Assembly (NCBI RefSeq): GCF_041956535.1
Contig: NW_027192219.1
Coordinates: forward strand, 293,522-357,521
Source of the DNA: Calcarisporiella thermophila CBS 279.70
Lineage: Eukaryota > Fungi > Calcarisporiellomycota
Direction of reading: 5' to 3'
Length of the DNA stretch: 64,000 nt
Shown: positions 10,654 to 23,712 of the stretch, piece by piece
How the letters are laid out: every line of letters starts with the position of its first letter
How positions within the stretch are numbered: position 1 is the stretch's first letter
Position numbers and translations under genes: made by a program
Notes under the pieces: generated by a model
Database searches by the model: none
The model's input: the letters and a program-made list of their open reading frames with translations, nothing else
Told to the model about the DNA's origin: nothing

Positions 10654-13297
10654 ATGAGAGGTGGGTTGATGCGGAGCTCGCATGCCTGAGCTTGGCCATA
10701 ACTCTAACTCCCCATCTGCTCCATTTCGTTCTAGAACTAAGATACATCACCCCCAACGCAGCCAATGCAATCATCTCGCAGGTCGGCGACTACCGCATCT
10801 CGTCGGATGCCCTCCGCGCTATAAACACGCTCCTAGATGAGCTCCTCTACTCGCTGCTTGTGACAACACGCTCGCTGGATCTCACGCGCATCAAGCAGGC
10901 CGTCACCCAGCTGCTCCCCAACAGCCTTGGAAAGAATGCCGTCGTGGAGGCCGAGCTAGAGATGAAGGACCACCTGGACAGCGGCGCTCCCGTCGACTAC
11001 GCCGGGCTGGCCCGCACCCGAGACCTGCATCCCCACGCTTTCCCCCTCGACCAGACCTACTCCGTGCTGCGACGCAAATGCGCATTTCGAAGCGCGCTTG
11101 GCGACGGAAGGGAGCTGGAACTCCCCACGGCAACCCCCGTCGACGGCGGCGGTGTCGTGACGAGCCTGCATGTGGTCTACGTTACGGCCATACTGGAGCA
11201 TGTCGCCGACTATGTGTTGACGGCGGTGGCGCGCGTCGCGGATTTGTACGATGCCGACTTTGTGAGGGTGAAGGATGTGTACGCGGCCATGCTGGACGAT
11301 CGAGAGATTGGGGGAATGTTCAAACGAACCAAGCTGAAGCTCTCCCTCGAGGTATGTAGTTCTAAGAGGCGCAGTCTCCGCCCGCTCACGGCTCCCCCCC
11401 CCCCCCTAACCTGGTATGCATGCTCTCTCCACGAACCTTGTAGAAGCGGCTGGGCTCCTCCCCCGACCAGGTCCGCTCCTCGCTCGAGCTTGCCCAGGAG
11501 CAATTGTCGATGGACCGGGTGATGGATCTCGTGGATTTCGTCGGCAACGGCAGCGGCAACGGCAACGGCTTCGGCAGCAAGCGCACCCCGCCCCACTCCC
11601 CCACCTCGGCCAACCAACTCTACCCCGACAAATCCCCCACCAATCCCTCCTCCGTCACACCCCCCCGCAGCAAGCGCTCCCTCTCCGTCAGCTCGAATGG
11701 CTCGGCAGCAAGCGGGCAGCGATCGCTCCCCACCGTGGCCAGCCACACCAATAATGCAAAGCTGAACCCGTTGCTGGGGAGGCCGAGCGTATCGAGCCAG
11801 ACTAGCTTAGCCAGCTTCGGCTCCAACAACACGGCCGGATCCGGCCGTGGCGGAATCCTCGGGTTCCTCGCAAGAATACGCGTTAAAAAGGCAAGGCGAA
11901 GCGCTTCCTTGTCGTCCATCTACCCGGGCATCGATGCTCCAGAACAGCAGCAACAGCAGCAGCAGCAGCAGCATCTTCAGCAGCAGTCCCTGCAGCAACA
12001 GCAGGAGGAGGAGGGAGAAAGACGGGTGCCGAATTTCGACGAGGTCCTTCAAAGCGGAGAGACGATGAAAGTCACCCTCACGCCCAATCGCCTGCGCTCC
12101 ATCGTCCAGCGGCCCATCTCCCCTATGCCCTCCCTGGGCGCCATGAAGGCTCCCACCGCCAAAATCACGCCCGCCGCGCCGGTGGGATCGGGCTCTTCGC
12201 CCGGCAGTCAACCGCGGTGGGCCAAACCGGGCTCCTCCTCCCCGGAGCATCCCCCGCTCACGGTGCCCTCTTCGGGGGAGCGCGATCTCCCCCCTATCCC
12301 GCAGCAGGGTGAACCCCATCGCCGCCAGTCGGTCCCGATTTTTGTCACTCCTGCGCCCGACCCGACCGACCGGCCATCCTATCGGCACCTCGGCCCGTCC
12401 TTGAACCGCCCTAGCGCCGAGGGAGCCATCCCCGCGGCGGCCTCCCCTTCCGAGATGCTCGACAAGAAAAAGCATGCGCCCCAACCGCGACGTTCGGGAG
12501 CCGACGAGACCCGCACGATGACCCGCTCATTAACCGATCCAACCTTGTTAACAAGTAGACCCTCGCTGAGGCGGCCTTCGAGCTTAGCTATACCCGACGA
12601 CAAAGAGCTGGCGGAGGAAGAGGAAGTCGACGAAGCAGACAAATCGCGGACAAGCGAGTCAATTCAGCGTCAGCGCGCACAGAAGGTAGCGGCATTAAGG
12701 GCGCTCTTCGAAAACGGTCAGGAGCGGAGCGTGAGCCCGCAGGCGAGTTCCGAGCGACTGACCGCAAGGGTGGAGGAGAAGGAAGCCCCAGAGCTCAAGG
12801 AAAACGCAGATGACAGCGGCATGGCCCGGGCTACGCCACCTGCGAAAGCGCCTGAAGAGGAAAAGGAGGTGGGGAAGGAGGAGACGGGGGTGGGGTTAAG
12901 GGAGGAGGAAGGAGAGACAAAGCCTCTGGCCCCCGACGCGATGGAAGCGAAGCCCACCCATGTTCAACAAAGGCAAGCACCCGAGCCTGCTGATACCAAG
13001 CCTGATGGTGCCTTCTCTGCCGACGAGTTGCATTCACTGATTGCTTGTCTACGTATTGCAGCATCAAGTGTTCTGGTCGGAAATAGCGATCGCGTTGCAG
13101 TAGAGAATGCGGTCGATGCGGCATTCAAAAGATTTGTAGGGCGGAGTAAGAAGGAGGAGGAGGAGGAAAAGGAAGATCATACAGGTAAGAGTGCTTGTGA
13201 AGCCGAACAAGGGGAAAAAGTATCGGAGCAGGAGACTCTGGTGGAGCCGCTAGATATGGGGGAGCGACAGGTGGTCGACTGGCTTCTCTGTTGTTGA
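10654..13297 (+). CDS. Uncharacterised protein with an N-terminal histone-fold-like region and a long disordered Ser/Pro/Gln/Glu-rich C-terminus
   Basis: Exons 10654-10660, 10735-11351 and 11444-13297 give MRELRYITPNAANAII... 'VYVTAILEHVADYVL...VKDVYAAMLDDREIGGMF' resembles the H2A / SOS histone fold. Confidence 0.8.
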
Positions 13298-14862
13298 TTT
13301 TGTTTACCATGCAATGTCGTTTAGCGTTCTTTTATATACATATCTATCTATCTATCTATAAATATGTGTTATTTGGAAATAATTTCTCCTCAACTTCTTG
13401 TTATTCCAGTTCTTATTTCTCTATCTATGTGAAAGTTTTTGTCTTCCTTGTTTCTTTTCGTCCCCCCCCCCCCCCCGATTCCTTGCGCTTTGTAGCAGTA
13501 GTTCCATGTTTTTAGTTCTAGTCTTAGTCCTTATCAATAATATGCACCTTTCGATCCTTACCCAATGCCAGTTGACATAAGAGGAAATTCGGACTAGCTA
13601 AAACCTTATTCGACTTAGGCTTTCCCATAGAACATTTTTAGGGGGAATTTCGTTTGACGGCACGAGGAATTGATTGCGTCGTTCTCATCGATTCTCTTCT
13701 CTTCGTTTCACTTCTCTTCATCATCTTGTTCTTTCTTTCCGATTTTTCTCCTGTCCATTTTGAGCGCATCCGTCTTTATTGCATATATTGAGGTAGGTAT
13801 ATGTGCGCTATATGCGCCCGCCCCCTTATTCCCCTTTTTATAGAGCTGTTTTATTAGATTGTTTTGTGGTGGTGCGGCTGTTTTTTCCAAGGCTACTATT
13901 ATTAACTATCAGTGACTTAAAAAAAAAAAGAGAAAGACATGGTCCATGATTTCTAATCGCTCTTTTTTTTTTTATATTACTCTTTTATTCAGACTGTCGC
14001 ACTCTTTCGCACCCGGGTGGTTTCTTGGCGAAGTCGCGCTTTTTCTTACAAGCCTGTCAGGAGCAACTCAAGAGAGAAACCTAGTTGGCTCTATACCTCC
14101 TAACAAAAAAAAACCCTTCAACCGCCTAGTGATTAAGGAAATCGAGAAGAATAGTACAGTAGAGGAGAAGAGGTGCGGAGGGGCTCCCTTAATATCGTTT
14201 AATATCCCCTTCTGTTTCTGTACTCTGGATCAATTCACCCTCAGGGGGAAGGAAGATTATCTTCCATTTCCCTATTGCTTTCTCACTTAACTCCTACACC
14301 TTGAGCTCGAGCTTTCGCTTCTCTCTACTTTAAGGTGAGTGGACCTTTAGCTAGTGACGCGTCGTCTCTTCTCATCGGTCCTCATCTGGCTTCAATAGGC
14401 TCTGCTTCACCTTTACTCTCCTTTACTCAAACTCTATCTCCCTAATCCTTCACTTATACCTCGCTAGTGTAGTTGGGCTTTCTTTTGCTTCTCTCTGTTA
14501 TTTCTTTTGTATCATAGCATATCATTCCTTTTTGTTTTTTTTTGTTCCTCTTCTTCTACTCTTACTTGATCGATATTCTGTTGTTTTTTTTTTCTGTCTT
14601 ATTCTTCCATTCCTTTCATCTTTCCTGTACTTTCCTTATGAAATATTGAAGCTTTTACTTTTATTCATTACCATTCTCTCATTTTTTTTTTCATACTCTC
14701 TTTTCTATATAACCTCCCTACCATTACTACGTCCATCGCCTCTACTTATTTAATTTCATTTCATTCATTTGCCTTGATTTCTTTTGCTCTTCCCCCGCTA
14801 CGTATTGATTCAACCCAACGCCACGTTGAGAACTCTCCCATCTGAATATTTTTCCTCTGGTG

Positions 14863-17704
14863 ATGATCGGTCTTCAGCAGCATCTGCAGTCCCCGTCGAC
14901 GGAGCAAGCGCATCCGCCACAGGAAGAATGGCTGCCTTTTAATATCGGCGTGGTGATCGAGGATCCCGCCTCGAAGTACGCGCTGCACTTGCTTGCTCCC
15001 CTTGGGCAAGGCTCGTATGCGATCGTGTACAAGGCACGCGACACTATCAGTGGGCGCCTCTTCGCGCTCAAGTGTCTCTCCAAGGCAGCTCTCACCACCG
15101 AGCAGCTTCACATCCAGATGAATGAGGTATGGCCTGGACGGCGCTGTGTTCTATGAGTTGGTGGGGGGGGGGAGCCTAACTGGATGCTAACTTTTTTGCA
15201 GGTGCACATACACCGGTCGCTTCCCAAAAACCTACGTATTGTCACCTTCCACGACTATTTCGAGACGGACGACTGGCTCTTTCTGCTGCTTGAGTACGTG
15301 AATGGGCGCGATCTGTACTGGTTCATCACCCAGTCCCACGACCAATTTGACGATAGCGGGCGCCGTCTCTCGGAGCGTGAGCGCTACGAGCTTGCCGTCC
15401 ACATCTTCGTTCAGTGTCTCGACACTGTCGGCACGATCCACGAGCGGCACATCGCCCACCGAGATCTAAAACCGGAGAACTTCTTGATTGACCGGCATCG
15501 GACGGTGTTGCTTACGGATTTCGGCCTGGCAACCAACGAGGCACGATGCTACGACTTCGATTGCGGGAGTAAGCCCTACATGAGCTATGGTAAGAGCTAA
15601 ACCCCTTTTTGCCAATTCACTACCCCAGCTCAATCGGTCGTGCTTGTAGAGTGCCGTAATGCGGACGCGGGCGACTCTTACGACCCCTTTCAGGCCGACA
15701 TCTGGTCCCTCGGCATCATTCTCCTCAACCTGCTGTGGCACCGCTCGCCCTGGTCTGACCCCTGTCCCGACTCGTGCGCATCCTTTGCCGCTTTCCAGCA
15801 GGAGGGCGCGGAGTTCTTCCTGGACCGCTTTGACCGGATGCCGATGCGCATGGCGAGGTTCCTCGCGAAGCGCGTTTTCTGCCCGGCTGGCGATCGCCGC
15901 ATCAAGATCAAGGAGTGGAAGAAATGGTGTGGCATCCTTGTGGATATGCTCGTAGACCCCGATGCAGACAACGTGATGGACGACGAGTGGACCGCGGAGC
16001 CGCCGGTCACGTCGGCCAAGAAGGCACGCTTCAGTCTGGGCCCCCTCACGCTGACACTTTCGGGGCGAGCCCGAAAACTCAGCGCCACCTCCAAGAAAGA
16101 GAAGAAGGAGGAGAAAAAGGCCCAGGCGCCCGCGCCACCCACCCCTCCAAAGTCCCCCGCCAACACCGCCGTATACCCTTCGGAAGCTGCAGCGAGATGC
16201 GCCCCCCCTTCGGCTTGGGAGCTGCTTCGCTCGTCTTGGTCCGATGACATCGATAGCCCGATGGCGACGGGGATGATGGATTTTTCCAGCCCAGTGGCCT
16301 TCCACGATCAACCCGACGTCCCCAGCACCAGCGGGGACGAGGGCAGCGAGACCCATGCCCCTTACCAAGCGCAGCCCCAGTTGCCGCATACCCCATCCTC
16401 CTCCCTTCCCAACCCGTCCTCGATGGCCGCCATCGAGGAGGAGCACAAGCTGGAGCCTGTGCGAAGCGACGCCGACAGCGGCTTCGCGACAGACGACGGG
16501 GAGCGCATTGAGGATCGGCGCGTGCCACGCCCCTACCAATCCACCCCCTCCCTGCTTCTCTCGAAACATTTCAAAGCAACCCCCTCCCACCTCGTGCCCC
16601 CGCCCCCTCCTGTCCACAGCCAGCAATACCCGAGCCACCTCGTCTCCCCGACGAACCCTCGCCGCCAGCGGTCAGCATTGGGCCTGAGGTTTGGGCAGAA
16701 GCGCCTCCACGTGGTCACCGGGAAGCGCGCCATCCCCTATACGCAGCACCAAACGTGGCTTTCGCTCGAGGATGCTCACTCCGCGTCGCGCGGCACCTAT
16801 GTGGTCGGCGTGGGGGCGTACGCCTATGGGAGGCGGCCATTCGCCCCTCCCCCTCCCTGGCGTAACTGGATCGACCGAACCAACCATCACCAGCAGCTGC
16901 ACCACCACCACCACCAGCACAACCTCTACCACCAGCACCTCCACGCGGGACATGGACCCTCTGCGAACGCCCCTCAGGACAGCAGGCCGACCCATGCTCA
17001 GCGGGCCCCGCAACAGGCGCAGAAGCCCGCCCCGCGCAATCGCCGCCGCTCCTCCACCGTCTCCTCCTCGGCCACCTCCTCCTCCATCACCATTTTCAAC
17101 GGCCCAATGCTGGGGATGACGGTGCGCAGCAACAGCAGCTGCAGCACCGCCACCCAGCGCCCGCGACGCCGGAATTCCGCGCGCACCCCCGGGAAATCGT
17201 CCTTCTCTCCGCCTGCGAAGCAGCACGGATTTGGCGCGGAAAAGATGGGGGTCACCCCCGAATATGCGCCCTCCGAGGATCAGATCGAGGCCATCCCCCC
17301 CCCTGCCCCAACTGTGCCTGGCGAGCCACCGGGAGCCGGGCCCTGGCGCCGGCGTAGAAGTGTGCTTGATCCCGCCGACGCCGACTTGCTCCGAATCAGC
17401 TGGAACTGAGCATTCGCCGCCGCCGCCGCCCCCGGAGTCGGAAGAGTGGGCCCAGTGCGATACGGGTGGGTCGGCACCGACCCCGGTGAAAGGCGTCGAC
17501 ACCATCCTTGAAAACGCCGAGCCCCCCTTGGACGACAGCGGCGAGAGTGCTGACGTGGCGCAGGGTGCCGGCGCCGAGGGAGGCGAGGATCGTAAGCCTC
17601 CCAGGGTGGGCAGGTCGACCATGCAACAGCTCGGAAGCCTGTTGCGCGGCATTGTCGGGTACAATCGTCAAATCAAAGTGGGAGGCCTCCAGAACGCAGC
17701 CTAG
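14863..17704 (+). CDS. Ser/Thr protein kinase, RAN1/Pat1/Ksp1/Sks1-like
   Basis: Exons 14863-15126, 15202-15589 and 15650 onward. Motifs 'LGQGSYAIV', 'FALKCL', 'HRDLKPEN', 'DFGLAT', 'CGSKPYMSYEC' and 'ADIWSLGI..LNLL...SPW'. As written the frame stops at 17409; the true end is probably 17704 through a frameshift in a C-run at about 17295-17303. Confidence 0.9.
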
Positions 17705-18304
17705 CGCGGATGATGACCTTGATGATGACGTTACTTGTTTTCGTCTCTCCCTCAGAGACATGCTCTTATTTTATTCTATATTATTCCCTCGCTGTTCTCT
17801 TTTTTTTTTTATTCTTCCTCGTCCTTTTATACTCGATAATCCTTTGTTTTTTTTGCATTTTTTTTTTTCCTCTCTTCTTTTCCCCTTTTCCCACCGAAAA
17901 GCGGAAAACAATATACAATTAAGAGGTGAAATAGCGTTTTTTTTTTCCTTACGATTTTTCCTCTTATTTTCTTGGACATTTTGTTTTTTTAACAATCTGT
18001 TTGATTCCTTCTTTGAAAATATATATTATATATTATATATATTATAATTATTGCTATAAGAAAAAAAAAATGGGAAAAACAATAATAACAACAATAACAA
18101 CAACAAAAATAGCGCCATGATGAAGCGAGCGATCTTTGTTGCCGACTACAAAACAGAGTGCGTCGAGGAGAGGGGGGGGGGGAGGGGTCAGTCCCGCTGG
18201 CAGGGGTGATATTTCTTGATAGTGTATATAGAACAAAAGGCACCAACACAGCATAGACAGATTCATTGAGAAAAGCTGGGGTGAGTATGCCTAGGCTCCC
18301 ATCC

Positions 18305-20187
18305 TCAAAGGAGGCCCTTCTCCGGAAGGATCTCCAAGCCCTGGGTCCGCTGCATCCACCCGGTCTTCAGCCGCTTGAGCTCCCGCTCTTCTCGTGCATC
18401 GTCGTCATCGCCGTGGTCTATAGCGGGAGCCTCAGCCAACTTTTGCTTTTCCTTTTTCACCGCATCATTCCCCCGGCGCCGGCCCCTCTCCCTCTCCCTC
18501 TCCCTTGCCCTTTCTCGTTCCCCGCGCTTGGACCTGTGCGCCCGCCCCTCCACCAGCAGGCTCGTCAAGAGCTCCTTCTCCACCACCAGCTCGTCCACCA
18601 TCTTCTCGAGCTGCAGCCTGCTCTCGCGCTGCCGCCGGGCATCGGCTGCCTCCTTCTCCAGCTGCGACAGGCGCAACTCGAGCTCCTCGTTTTTTGTCTG
18701 GAGCTCGAGTTGCTCCCGCGAGGGCGACGCCTTCGAGTAGGCCGAGGAGGAGGTGGAGCTTGAGGCGGATTGGGGCGAGCCGGGGACATGGGAGGGGGGA
18801 GGGGGGTGGGAGGGGTAGCATGCGGCGAGGCAGGATGGCGAGAGCTGGCGTGGAGGGGAGATGCGATCCCCGACCCCCGAGGGGATGTGGATGGGGGCCA
18901 CGACCGGCTTTTGCCTTCGATGGGCCCCCCCTCGGTCCAGGGCGGAGAGCGGGGTTTCCCGCTGGGGCGACAGGGCGCCTGCGGCGGGAGAGGAGGCGGT
19001 GATGGCGGCGGCGGCTGCAGAGGAGAACGCAGGGGGGTGAGAGGGGGGCGGTGCGGTTGCCACGGGGGCGTGTCCCGACGCAAGCGTCTCGGGCGACAGG
19101 GCTCTTGCGGGCTTGGTCCTTAGGGGCGAGCTAACGCTTGGCGAGAGAAGGCTCCCGCTCTTTCCGCGGGCGCTCATGCAGGCACTCCGACCCTCCGTGC
19201 GCATGTGCCGATTCAGCGCATCCAGCCGCGCGAAGCTGCGGTGGCACACGTTGCAGACGTGGGGCCGCTCGCCCGTGTGAAGTTTTTGGTGCCGCTTGAG
19301 ATCGTGCTGGCGGCGGAACTGCTGCTTGCACTCAGAACACTGCAAAGTAGAAGAGAAAAGAGAGGTCAAAGGCCATGCATGAACAGGGAAAAGACAGGGG
19401 GAAAGCGCATCATCGAGCAGCGGGAGAGGCGTGAAAAGGAGAATGCGGCGAGAACACTCACCTCAAACGGACGCTCCTCGGTGTGGGTAAGGTAGTGGGA
19501 TTTGAGATTGTGCTGTCTAGTAAAGGTCAGGTCGCACCGGTCGCAGGCGTATGGTTTTTCCGCGGCGGATGCCAGCGGGATGCCCGCGGAATTGGGCATC
19601 GACATTGGCGATGTCGCGCTTATTGCGATTGGCGAATTCAACCTCATCATCCCGATTCCACTTCCGAGAGCGGCGGCGCCCGAGCCTACGGTCGGCGTCA
19701 GCGGAGAGAAGCGGCCCACCCCGGCCGCGGACGCCGGATACTCCTGGCCCAGGGGGGTCAAAGCATGCTGGGCCTGCGGCTTCGGCTGGGGATCGGGCGG
19801 CGAGAGGGAGGGGAAGTGGGCGGAGGCGAGGGAAATGAATTTCGAGGGCGGCGGCAGGCGGGGGCGGTCCAAGGAATTTCTGCGCACGGGGGAGAGTGGC
19901 GTGGGAAGGGGGGGATTGCAGGTGGAGTAGGAGAGTGGCGGCAGCATGTGAGGATGGGCCATTGGGGCGGCGTCGGGGAAGGCGGAGGATTGGGAGGCCG
20001 GCATGGCCAGGGGCGAGGTCGGGGATGAGGCCGAGGGGAGGCCGTGGATCAGGGGGGGGATGGCGGGGGGCGGCAGGAATTTGCCCTGGCCGATGGCTCT
20101 TGTGTTGGAATGGGCCATGGAGAGCGGCGCGCAAAATGATTCCGCCCTGTTGTGTAATGGGAACAGAGCAGAAGTAGCAACCACCAT
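18305..20187 (-). CDS. C2H2 zinc-finger transcription factor (3 fingers plus a C-terminal coiled coil)
   Basis: Exons 20187-19462 and 19339-18305. Fingers: CDRC...HYLTH, CSEC...HQKLH and CNVC...LNRH, with TEERP/TGERP linkers. The start codon is uncertain (20187 or about 20118). Confidence 0.9.
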
Positions 20188-21781
20188 AGCCGCGCCGCGT
20201 GGCTTGAAATAAGTTGGGCCTTCCTCTTGCGCACGAAATCTTATTTCTGGATTGTATTATGCTGGTGTAACCTCTCCATTCCAGAACATTCAAGTGATCT
20301 GAGCCCTATCTGCATTGGATGGCGGCCGGCCCCCCACCCATCCAGCGTGCAGGGGAAAAGACAACACCCGGGGTGGCGCAAGGCCGATGTAACACCGGAA
20401 AAATTGGGTTGTTTGGCCGCAAACCTGCTCTGCACGCCCCCGCCCCGCTGAAACGATCATGGAGCGATGGCCTGATTGATATCTGCAGCCCTCACCCGCA
20501 TCCGGCATCGGCGCGCCGCCCCCTCTCTCCCTATAAAGCGCCCGGGGGATTGCGCGCGGGCCCGGGGCTGACCAGACCGCACGGATGGCCGCCAGCGAGG
20601 ACCGCGAGTTTCTTCTTTCGAATCCCAACCACTCAGCGCCCGCCCCCCGGGGTTGGTGGCTCTGGTGGCTGCGTTGGCGGCTGACGTTTGGAAGGGGGCA
20701 GAGACGCCGAGTCGAGCCGCTACCGGAGGGTTTTGAGGCAGAGCCTAGGCTGCAAGGCTCACTGCTCCTGGACCGGAAGCTTAGGTTGGGGGCGGAGCGG
20801 GGACGGGCGGGTCGACGCGATTAGTCATGGCCAGCGCCGGGGAGTGGAGAAGGCCTGGCGGGGCCGGAGGAGTTCGAACCTGGATGAAGCTTCTTGGTTG
20901 ACGGGCCTGCGCGCGGGTCCCGCGCTGCTACTCGCGCCTGCCGAGGCTGGACGCGAGAAGATTCTATAATGGGCGTGGGGCGGCTCCTCCACTCAAGCCC
21001 AGCCAACCCTTGCCCCAATGCATGTGCGAATTCAGGGTTTCAAGCCCAGCCCCCCCCCCCCGTCCACAAAGCCTTCGCCATGCTCTTTACACAAGCACAA
21101 TGCGGTGCCACAAATCTTGGCGTGTCGACGTCACTGCCCCGCCGCCCTATGAGAGCCGGGCACCGCCCGTGGGGGGGAAGAGGGGCACCCTGCCGTCACC
21201 CCTCGCCCTGCGCTGGGCCGTCGGAGATGCCACAATGCTCTCGCCCCCCGGCCCCCATGTCACCGCCATGCCGGCCGCGCCAAGGCATGGCCTGGCTATC
21301 CCCCTCTTGGGCCGAATTCATGCGTCCTGCGCGGGCTAACCTGTAGGGTAAACCGCTCGGGCGCTGACGTTTCTCCCCTCCCAATATTACGTGATGATGC
21401 GGCTGGGCTCTCGACCAACCGGCCAACCCCCACGGCGTCCGTCGGGGCATGGGGGGAGGGGCCATCCACGGCTCGTGGCCGAGTTGATACGTCAGTTTTG
21501 AGTTGCAGGGTGACAACGTGCAACGGCCCAGCAGGAATCAGCTGAAAAGCTTCAGGGGAAGCTTGTGGCCATGTTCTGCTGGACAAGGTTCCCTGAGAAG
21601 CTTTCAGGGTTTTTTCCCCCCTGCCCGCCCCCATGCCGCTATTTCAGGCGGGCGGGCTATTCAGGTGTATATAGAGTATGTCTATATTGGGGAGGAGGCC
21701 GCGGCCTGGCTGACAAAGTCATCAAACAAATCTTTGGACACATGACAAAAAAAATCAATAAAGTAAATGCATCATGGCTGC

Positions 21782-23712
21782 TCAGGCTATGCCCTGGAAA
21801 GAACTCGAGAGGAGTGTTTGAAGCGACCTAGTGTGCTCCCGATGCGCAAATCGGCGTGATAAATTTCGCGAGCGCATGGCTCGATACGCATCGACCAGAT
21901 GATGGAACGAGCTCCGGCGGATCGCTGGATTTGGATGATGATGGGCGGAATAAAAATGAATGCGGCAGGCCAGCATGCTTGCCCCCATTGCCAACGGGTT
22001 ACAGCCCAGATCGTGCTTGACCATGTCACAGAGGCGGAGAGTGATCTTCCCTGCCGCCTTAGCACTCTCATCGAGTGCAACGGCACGCAGAGTGCGCATG
22101 ATGGGCGTGTCCAGGCGCTCGGAGGACGGTTTTGAACACCTTGGCTCTAACAGTTCAAACCACGTTTTTGCCCATGCTCCCCAGTACATCATCTCAAAGA
22201 AGCAGTCCAGAGATGATCTCGTTTCAAGAGATGCCTCTGCCCTTGAAAGCAGGCTACCCACCGTGGTGGTGATGGATGCCATGGCGTCCAGCACCTCTTC
22301 GTCCGACCCGGCAAAGTCAATGCCCGGGAGTTTGACGAGAGCGGTGTACCACTCCGCCATCCGCGTCACATACAGCTATGTTATCCACGAGAGTTCAGAG
22401 AAACTGCGGCCTAGAGCCGTCGAAAGATTCTCAATCATTACCAAAGTGTCTCGAACCTCTTGCCCTTCGTGCGAGAGGGGCGACGGTTTGCACTCGTCCA
22501 GATCCCGTAGGATCAGGGCCGACGCCGGCTTTCCCCTGTAGAGCACAAAAGAGAGCTCCAAAATATAGAGGAGCCACCTGCAGGGGGAATCGTGAATATG
22601 GCCGTTGAGAAGGGGTTTCAGGTGAAAGCCAAGTTGCTTAGTTACCAGAGTCTCCTTCTTCGCTCCCTGCACGCCGGGCTGCTTTCCTTCGCACTCTCCC
22701 AATTCAGGCTCGGCGGTTGAGCCAGTGTGATGGCGAGATTCAGGTAAGAATAGGCCTCGCGCGCTGAATAGGCATCAAGATAGAGGGTCAAATTATAGGC
22801 GGCAAGAACGGTCATTTCGGAGGGGTCATCGAGTCTATCCCTGACCTGGCCCATAGCGACGTTGGCACAGGTCTTCTCAAGGGACGAAAGATCGGCTCTA
22901 GAATAATCGTCCCCGTGGAAAGTCTTGGCGTGTTGAGCAGCAAGGGCCATGGCCGAACAGAGAAACGCCATATCGAGTGTGCCACGCAGGAACTGATCCA
23001 TTAGCATGTCTCTCTCAAAGAGAATATGATTTGAAAAGCATTGGGGGTCGAGGTATACGCGGAAGAGTCGATTGGCAAGCGGGTTGTAGACGAGTTGCTC
23101 ATGCTCTAATACGCCACGAGCAGATGTTAACTCTCTACTAATGTTGTTGGGATGGGTATTGGGCGCCGCTTCAGGAGTGTATCGTTCGAAATCGAGACGC
23201 CTATGAGTGGCCAATGTGGATGAAATTAAAGGAAGCTTCAGCGTGGCAGAAGCTAATCGAGTGTCGAGTGGTTTGTTGATGAGATAATCCCTTAGAAATT
23301 CATGAAGATCCCCCAGGTTATTCAGCATGATGTTAATTCGGAGACTTTGGTCGAGCAGAGTCGCTTCCAATATTGGTCGACTGTGTTCGGCGTGTAAATT
23401 CTCGGGGATTGGATTAGACATCGGCCTAGGCGAAAGTCGTTCGCGGCACGACTTTAAATTACAATACCTGTTCCGGAGTTCAGCGATGAAGTGATTTGCA
23501 AGCTCGACATGGTGACTCAGTTCGGCCACCCGAGCCCAGAGATTCACGCCGAGGTCCTCAATGGGCACCAGTTCTCCACGCAACTCACCGTCTTTCATTA
23601 TGCAGGCCTGAGGCTGCGAAAGGAGACATGGGTCAAAACGAGGCGGATGGCTTTGGCTCAGCTGTATTCGTTGGAACGTGCTCGTGTCACTCGCGAGCAA
23701 ATCCAATGGCAC
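21782..23712 (-). pseudogene. Fungal-specific transcription-factor (Fungal_trans/MHR) domain gene with an in-frame premature TAG
   Basis: 'AFLCSAMALAA', 'AYSYLNLAITLA' and 'RERRRRLW|WLLYILE' across intron 22645-22578. A TAG at 22378-22376 is followed by an in-frame ORF running to 21782. 5' exons and any Zn2Cys6 domain were not found. Confidence 0.7.

Noticed and set aside
11210-21750. Many long overlapping or antisense ORFs (e.g. 15466-16638, 16672-17664, 19517-20293, 20.2-21.7 kb)
   Set aside because: Expected shadows of GC-rich coding or promoter DNA; low complexity and no recognisable motifs.
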